Part shown: in pieces, positions 59,253-64,000 of the stretch
Layout of the letters: every line of letters begins with the position of its first letter
Position numbering within the stretch: position 1 is the stretch's first letter
DNA from: an uncultured Bacilli bacterium
Lineage (GTDB): Bacteria; Bacillota_I; Bacilli_A; RF39; UBA660
Assembly: GCA_947630105.1 (NCBI GenBank)
Contig: CANRGD010000003.1
Coordinates: forward strand, 234-64,233
DNA length: 64,000 nucleotides
Reading direction: 5' to 3'
Notes under the pieces: generated by a model
What the model saw: the letters and a program-made list of their open reading frames with translations, nothing else
What the model was told of the DNA's origin: nothing
The model's database searches: none
Made by a program: the position numbers and the translations under genes

Positions 59253-60149
59253 ATGAAAAATTATTATATTGATCTTGGTTCTTCAACAATAAAATTTTAT
59301 TGTTTTGAAAAAGAACTTAAATTAATAGAAGAGCATTCTATTTATTTTAAAAATGACTTTAATGCTGAAACAGGTATTAGCGAAAATAATTTAAAAGAAC
59401 TTTGCCATTATTTTGAAAAAATAAAAGAAAAATATGATTTAAAATATTATAATACTCATATTTTTGTTACAGGAATTTTTAGAAATCTAATTCAAGAAAG
59501 AAAACAAGATTTAGTTAAATTGTTTAATGATAAATTTGATTTGCATTTTAATATAATTAGTCATGGAATAGAAAATTATTATTTAGGGAAAGCCTTAGAA
59601 AATGATTATAACAACAAAAAAGTTTTAATAATTAATATGGGTGGTAAAACAACAGAATTAGTAAGCTTTAATGGTTCTAAAATAATTGATACTCAAAATT
59701 TAACAATAGGAGTTGCAGATTTATTAAATAATTTTAATAAAGTAAATGATAAATATAGTGCTACTAAAGTAGAAGAAATGGAAAAATATGTGGATGATAA
59801 ATTAAGTACTTTAAAATTAGATACAGATTATGATTGTGCAATTTTTACTGGTGGAGAAGAAAGGTTTGAATTATTAACAGGATTTAATTTAGTGCCTAAC
59901 ACTTTATTTAATGATAATATTCATAAATATATGCTTAGTTTAGAAGATTATATTAAAGGTACAAAAAAAGTTTTTTATGATATCTCCCTTGAAGAATTAT
60001 ATGCTTTAATGCCATCAAATCCTAAATGGATGGATGGAGCAAGAAGTGGAGCTATCATTCCGTTAGTTTTATTTAAAAAAGCCCATGTAAAATGGATAAT
60101 TCCTTCTGATTTAAATTTAATAAATGGTGTAATTAATGATTTAAAATAG
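59253..60149 (+). CDS. ASKHA-fold protein, Ppx/GppA-phosphatase-like (two N-terminal domains only)
   Basis: IDLGSSTIKF (phosphate-1 loop), VTGIFRN, ISHGIENYYLG, INMGGKTTEL (phosphate-2 loop). Confidence 0.5.
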   Translation: MKNYYIDLGSSTIKFYCFEKELKLIEEHSIYFKNDFNAETGISENNLKELCHYFEKIKEKYDLKYYNTHIFVTGIFRNLIQERKQDLVKLFNDKFDLHFNIISHGIENYYLGKALENDYNNKKVLIINMGGKTTELVSFNGSKIIDTQNLTIGVADLLNNFNKVNDKYSATKVEEMEKYVDDKLSTLKLDTDYDCAIFTGGEERFELLTGFNLVPNTLFNDNIHKYMLSLEDYIKGTKKVFYDISLEELYALMPSNPKWMDGARSGAIIPLVLFKKAHVKWIIPSDLNLINGVINDLK

Positions 60150-60172
60150 ATTTATTTAGAGGGGCAAAAGTA

Positions 60173-60911
60173 GTGGTAAAGAATGTAATTTCTGTAATAG
60201 ATGGAGCAGCAGGAAGTTGTAGTAAAGCAAAAGTAATTGGTGAAATAGCTACTCTTGAATCTATTAATCTTGGAGCACCTGTTACTAATTGTATGCCCAA
60301 TGCAGGACATACTTTTGTTGATGAAAAAGGACAAGCTACAATTTTTAGAAATATACTTGTAGCAATTGTTAATCCAAAAACAGAATTATTTATTGGCCCA
60401 GGTTCTGCCATTGATATGGAAGTATTTAAACAAGAATATGAACTTCGCAATTACTTGCTGACTCAGGAATTTCTGCTGAAAAGTTACTTCAAACAATTAT
60501 GGTGATTCGTCCTTTTCCTATTAGAATAAGTAATATTACTAAATCAGGAGAATTTATTTATACAGGTGATTATGATAAAGGTGATGAACTTACATGGACA
60601 CAAATTAATTTAGCTTCTATGTATGGAAGTTATCCTGTTACAGACGATGTAGAATGTTTACCTTAGACATAGTTAAATTAAAAATAAATCGTCGTATTAA
60701 TACTCCATCAAGCTTATATTTAAACTTTTTTCAACATTTAGGCTTAGATTATAAAGGTAATATTGGTAACTTTAACGATTTTTATTTTAATAGATATTTA
60801 AGGGAATATTTTAATTGGTTTGAAAGTGAAACTAATGTTGAAATATTGGCATTGGGAATTGGTGCTAAAAACGGCGAGAGAATTTTAAAAAAAGAATTAA
60901 TAAAAAAATAA
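60173..60911 (+). pseudogene. Decayed adenylosuccinate-synthetase-superfamily (PurA-like, short archaeal/phage-type) gene: three fragments in three frames with an internal deletion
   Basis: Fragment 1 (60173-60505): VIDGAAGSCSKAKVIGEI...PNAGHTFVDEKG...IGPGSAIDMEVF, which matches the PurA N-terminus with the NAGHT motif. Fragment 2 (60445-60666, next frame): MVIRPFPIRISN...ELTWTQIN. Fragment 3 (60654-60911): LDIVKLKINRRINTPSSLYLNFFQHL, which matches the PurA C-terminal ...LTKLDVL region. Confidence 0.55.
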
Positions 60912-60946
60912 TTAAATATATTTTAATACTAATTAATGAGGAAAAT

Positions 60947-60976
60947 TTGACATTATAAATGTAAATGTGATATGAT
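60947..60976 (+). promoter_or_regulatory. Promoter TTGACA - 18 bp - TATGAT with extended -10 TG
   Basis: TTGACA at 60947-60952 and TGATATGAT at 60968-60976. Confidence 0.6.
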
Positions 60977-61002
60977 TTAATTGCTTTTGAAGGAGAGATT
61001 AT

Positions 61003-61068
61003 ATGTTAAACAATCAAATGACAACGACAACTTATACAACAACATTAAAATCAATTTTGTTATATTGA
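61003..61068 (+). CDS. Thr-rich leader sORF (21 aa: MLNNQMTTTTYTTTLKSILLY)
   Basis: AGGAG RBS 7 nt upstream. 7 Thr codons in 8 consecutive positions (61021-61044). Followed by a terminator. Lies upstream of the T-box and thrS on the same strand. Confidence 0.45.
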   Translation: MLNNQMTTTTYTTTLKSILLY

Positions 61069-61110
61069 TTGTTTTAGCTTTACTTATCAAAATATTTTTT
61101 CTAAATATGC

Positions 61111-61140
61111 AGGTCTATTACAATCGGTAATAGACTTTTT
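61111..61140 (+). terminator. Rho-independent terminator downstream of the leader sORF
   Basis: Stem GTCTATTAC / GTAATAGAC (9 perfect bp, extendable to 11), 5-nt loop, T5. Confidence 0.75.
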
Positions 61141-61183
61141 CATTAGATAAAAGATAATATATTATTAATATAAATACTATGAT

Positions 61184-61373
61184 ATGGGACACGATTATTA
61201 AGATCTTATTTTTAAAGAGAGTTATCAGTTGGTGAAAGATAATAAATAAACTTAATAGTTACTACCCATTAGTTGCACTCGCAAGAGATTGCCCGAACTT
61301 CGGTTAAAAAAATTAAGTAAAAAAGAGGATGGTACCGTCTTAATAGACTCCTAATGGTTCATTCTCTTTTTTT
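61184..61373 (+). ncRNA. T-box riboswitch leader, Thr (ACU) specifier
   Basis: Stem I with AGAGAG bulge and GTTGGTGAAAG distal loop. Specifier ACT followed by A at 61261-61264 next to the closing helix ATGGG/CCCAT. T-box sequence GAGGATGGTACCGTC (61325-61339). Terminator helix 61325-61366 plus a T-run. Confidence 0.8.
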
Positions 61374-61390
61374 ATTAAGGAGATGATTAT

Positions 61391-61438
61391 ATGACGGAAA
61401 CGGAAACTGATACAAGTTTCTCCCTCAAAAGCAAATAA
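61391..61438 (+). CDS. Second short uORF (15 aa: MTETETDTSFSLKSK) between the T-box terminator and thrS
   Basis: Strong AAGGAG RBS at 61378-61383. 4 Thr codons among codons 2-8. Stops 17 nt before the thrS ATG. Confidence 0.35.
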   Translation: MTETETDTSFSLKSK

Positions 61439-61455
61439 AAGAAAGAAGGTAAATT

Positions 61456-62991
61456 ATGAATAAAAAATGCTGTGAATTATTAAAACAAGTAATTAAAAAT
61501 GAATGTAAAGATATAAGTTTAGATAATATATCTTATAATGAAGACGAATTTTATTATGAATTTAAATCGGACAAACAAATAAGTGAAAATGATTTTGCAA
61601 GATTAGAAAAAGAAATTAAACAATTAGATAGAAATATTTATGTAAAACTTTTAAGGATAAGTGGAGTATATTTTGCAGGAAATGCTAATAATGAAATGAT
61701 TACTAGAATTGTTGGTAAAGCTTTTTCATCTCAAGAAGAATTAGATAAATATAATAAATTTTTAGAAGCAGCCAAAGAAAGAGATCATAGAAAAATAGGG
61801 CAAGATTTAGATTTATTCTGTTTTTCAGATTATGTAGGAGCAGGTCTTCCTCTATATACTCCAAGAGGAACTATTGTAAAAGATGAACTTCAAAAAGAAA
61901 TAGAGAGAGTATGTAAAAAATATGGCTTTCAAAAAGTAAGTTGTCCATCCCTTGCTGATATATCATTATTTGAAACTTCTGGTCATGCTGGGAAGTTTAA
62001 TGATGAACTGTTTAGAGTAGAATCACCAAAAGGACATAAATTTGTCTTAAAACCAGTACAATGTCCTCATCATACTCAAATATTTGCCTCTAAATTAAGA
62101 AGTTATAAAGATTTGCCAATTAGATATATGGAAAGTGATAAACAATATCGTGCAGAATTGCAAGGTGCTGTTGGAAATAGCTTATCAAGAGTATATGCTA
62201 TTACTGTTGAAGATGGACATTCATTTTGTACTAGAAATCAGGTTAAACAAGAAGTTATCAATATGTGCAATTTGATTAAAGATTTCTATTCTAGAATGGG
62301 ATTATGGAAAGATCATTGGGTCTCTTTATCAGTAAGAGATTATGATCATCCAGAAAAATATATTGGTAGTAAAGAAGATTGGGATATTTGTGAACAAATG
62401 CTTGAAGAAGTATCTGAAGAATTAGGACTTAATGCTAAAAGATGTGAAAAAGAAGCTGCTTTATATGGACCAAAATTAGATTTTATGTTTAAGGATGCTT
62501 TAGGTAGAGATATTCAAATTCCAACTGTCCAATTAGATTTTGCCATGCCTAAAAGATTTGGACTTTTCTATATTGATGAAAATGGTGAAAAACAAACTCC
62601 TGTCATGGTACATAGAGCAGTTTTAGGCTCTTATGAAAGATTTCTAGTATTATTACTAGAACAATTCAAAGGAGTATTACCGATATGGCTTTCTCCTGTC
62701 CAAGTAAATATTATTCCTGTTAATATAAAATATCACGATGAATATTGTAAAAAAATTAAACAACTTTTAGAAGATGAAGATATAAGAGTAGAGTATGATA
62801 ATTCTAAAGATAAAATAAATAAAAAAATTAGACAAAGTAATGTAATGAAAAATCCTCTAACTTTAATACTTGGAGATAATGAAAGAGATAATAATTTAAT
62901 AAGCTATCGTCTTTATGGTAATGATGATACCAAAACAATGCCTATTGAAAAATTTTTAGAATATATAAAAAATGAAATAAAGAAAAGATAG
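61456..62991 (+). CDS. thrS: Threonyl-tRNA synthetase, N-terminally truncated form (no TGS domain, no editing site)
   Basis: 511 aa. RDHRKIGQDLDLF occurs at residue ~109, against ~241 in E. coli ThrRS. Zn/catalytic residues present (VQCPHH, EDGHSF, VHRAVLGSYERF). Anticodon-binding domain present. T-box with Thr codon upstream. Confidence 0.9.
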   Translation: MNKKCCELLKQVIKNECKDISLDNISYNEDEFYYEFKSDKQISENDFARLEKEIKQLDRNIYVKLLRISGVYFAGNANNEMITRIVGKAFSSQEELDKYNKFLEAAKERDHRKIGQDLDLFCFSDYVGAGLPLYTPRGTIVKDELQKEIERVCKKYGFQKVSCPSLADISLFETSGHAGKFNDELFRVESPKGHKFVLKPVQCPHHTQIFASKLRSYKDLPIRYMESDKQYRAELQGAVGNSLSRVYAITVEDGHSFCTRNQVKQEVINMCNLIKDFYSRMGLWKDHWVSLSVRDYDHPEKYIGSKEDWDICEQMLEEVSEELGLNAKRCEKEAALYGPKLDFMFKDALGRDIQIPTVQLDFAMPKRFGLFYIDENGEKQTPVMVHRAVLGSYERFLVLLLEQFKGVLPIWLSPVQVNIIPVNIKYHDEYCKKIKQLLEDEDIRVEYDNSKDKINKKIRQSNVMKNPLTLILGDNERDNNLISYRLYGNDDTKTMPIEKFLEYIKNEIKKR

Positions 62992-63102
62992 TATTAATAT
63001 GAGAAAACTTGAAAATTTAGAGCTTTTTTAATAAGATACAAATCTATTATATTTAATGTGTATTTAAATAGTATATTGCATATCTATATGGGGAAAAAGA
63101 AA

Positions 63103-63625
63103 GTGAAAAAATTATTTTTATATAGAACAATTGTTGAAACAGGAAAGATAGAAGATAATTCTAAAGAATTTAATAGTTCTTAGTATAATCAAGTATAAAT
63201 TTTGATGAATTATTATGTTTAATTAAAGCAGTTGATATTGGTTTTTTAAAATCTTTAGTAATATATGAAATGCGAGATTAGGAATGTATTCTTTTGATGT
63301 CATAAAAGGACAAGGTGTTTGTTTAGCTTATGCTAAACTATTATAGAATTATTTATCAATATATGGAAAAAATTCTTCAATTTTAAATTGCAAAGTACCA
63401 ACAGAAAAAAATGCCATTAGCTGCAATTATCGCCCGAAAATAGAAAGAAATACAAAAAAATAATATGAGCAGTAAAATTTTTAGTAGTTTTACGACATTA
63501 TTTCTAAAGTGGTTAATAAATAAATTTGGAAATCATGCTGTAACTTTAATTGAAGAAAACAATAAGAATCATAAGCATCATCTAATAAACCTATATTATT
63601 ATTTATTAGCTCCATTAAATTTTCA
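63103..63625 (+). pseudogene. ORF debris, possibly a decayed transglutaminase-like/cysteine-protease-fold gene
   Basis: Short fragments in several frames, interrupted by stops: VKKLFLYRTIVETGKIED..., YSFDVIKGQGVCLAYAKLL*, ...FGNHAVTLIEENNKNHKHH... The G-x-C...H pattern is only suggestive. Confidence 0.3.
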
Positions 63626-63828
63626 AAACTAAAGTAAATTCTTTTCTAGATAATGCTGGTTCAATATCTCCTAATAATTTTCTTATATATATGATTAGGA
63701 TCACAATGAGAATCTGTTAGAAAAGTCATTAAAGGTTTTATTGAAATTTCAAATCTATATAAAATAAAGGCCTTGCTTATTTTAATTTGAAATGTTACAA
63801 TAAATATGTCTAGAAAAGAAGTGATTAT

Positions 63829-64000
63829 ATGTCTAAAGAACAAAACATTATTAATTATTATGTAATATGTAATAGATTAAAAAATATTATAAGAACAGGT
63901 TGGAAAAACTGGAATGTTCAAAGAGAAAGAATTGAAAGTGTTGCTGAACATATCTTTGGAGTTCAAATGTTAGCAATTGCTATGAAATCAGAGTATCAAT
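63829..64000 (+). CDS. HD-domain protein, YfbR-like 5'-deoxynucleotidase family (3' end cut by window edge)
   Basis: MSKEQNIINYYVICNRLKNIIRTGWKNWNV..RERIESVAEHIFGVQMLAIAM matches the R(T/S)GW...ES(V)AEH signature. Absent from the ORF track because there is no stop in the window. Confidence 0.65.
   Translation, partial: MSKEQNIINYYVICNRLKNIIRTGWKNWNVQRERIESVAEHIFGVQMLAIAMKSEYQ

Noticed and set aside
60133-60450. 105-aa and 60-aa minus-strand ORFs overlapping the end of the Ppx-like gene and the PurA-like remnant.
   Set aside because: No RBS, and an odd Ser/Cys/Ile-rich composition. The plus-strand translation has recognisable PurA motifs (NAGHT), so these are antisense artefacts.
61045-61140. 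A classical 1:2 / 2:3 / 3:4 attenuator fold for the Thr leader.
   Set aside because: I could not find a segment complementary to the 5' arm of the terminator (AGGTCTATTAC) between the sORF and the terminator. The antiterminator part of the model is therefore unsupported by eye. It is kept only as a hypothesis in the findings.
63661-63843. 60-aa minus-strand ORF next to the HD-domain gene start.
   Set aside because: No RBS or recognisable motif. It overlaps the probable promoter/RBS and start codon of the plus-strand HD gene.
60173-64000. The idea that the PurA-like remnant plus the HD-domain gene represent a PurZ/DatZ-type Z-base (2-aminoadenine) cluster.
   Set aside because: The two genes are 3 kb apart and separated by thrS and debris. 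The PurA-like gene is non-functional. The HD protein carries the ordinary YfbR-like 5'-nucleotidase signature. No MazG-like gene, polymerase or phage genes are present.

Overview
Very A+T-rich, low-GC Firmicute-type chromosome segment (Erysipelotrichia/Clostridia-like). It uses the standard code: TGA acts as a stop and long ORFs close normally. Coding density is high and mostly on the + strand. I found no tRNA, rRNA or CRISPR array.

**Layout**
- 1-10 kb: conserved housekeeping block pcrA / ligA / gatCAB, with two tandem nucleotidyltransferase paralogues wedged between pcrA and ligA.
- 10-28 kb: cell-envelope genes.
  - A degenerate-GGDEF sensor, a YihY-family protein, an LtaS-like synthase and an LCP-PASTA fusion.
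  - An IS1634-family element inserted in the 5' end of a 1249-aa glucosaminidase gene.
  - Two paralogous small surface proteins, and a kinase-less protein with six PASTA repeats.
- 28-47.5 kb: a wall-glycopolymer / teichoic-acid-like cluster.
  - Biosynthesis genes: an O-antigen-ligase-like/GT4 fusion, three GT2, two GtrB-like polyprenyl-phosphate glycosyltransferases, a GT4, a pyruvyl transferase, a GT-C-like membrane protein, an acyltransferase and a large HAD-fusion protein.
  - TagGH-type ABC exporter.
  - Two repeat-rich autolysins.
- 47.5-58.8 kb: dagK-like kinase, FemAB-family gene, an ArsR/P1B-ATPase metal operon with a coupled GH25 muramidase, an ABC exporter, and a CDF/HMA/thioredoxin-lipoprotein group.
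- 58.8-64 kb: a decaying region. It holds a PurA-like pseudogene and other ORF debris around a T-box-controlled, N-terminally truncated thrS. A 3'-truncated HD-domain gene sits at the window edge.

**Most interesting signals**
1. Two G9 homopolymers, each placed exactly in the -35/-10 spacer of the promoter of one of the two paralogous surface-protein genes. This looks like a slipped-strand phase-variation pair.
2. The IS insertion is flanked by a perfect 291-bp target duplication. The duplication regenerated the interrupted gene and left an orphan promoter plus signal-peptide stub.
3. A Thr-codon-rich leader sORF with its own terminator, and a second Thr-rich uORF, flank a Thr-specific T-box in front of an editing-domain-less ThrRS.
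4. Two tandem autolysin genes share a near-identical 5' targeting module built from 186-bp repeats but carry different catalytic domains.

All homology calls rest on motifs I recognise by eye. No database search was run.
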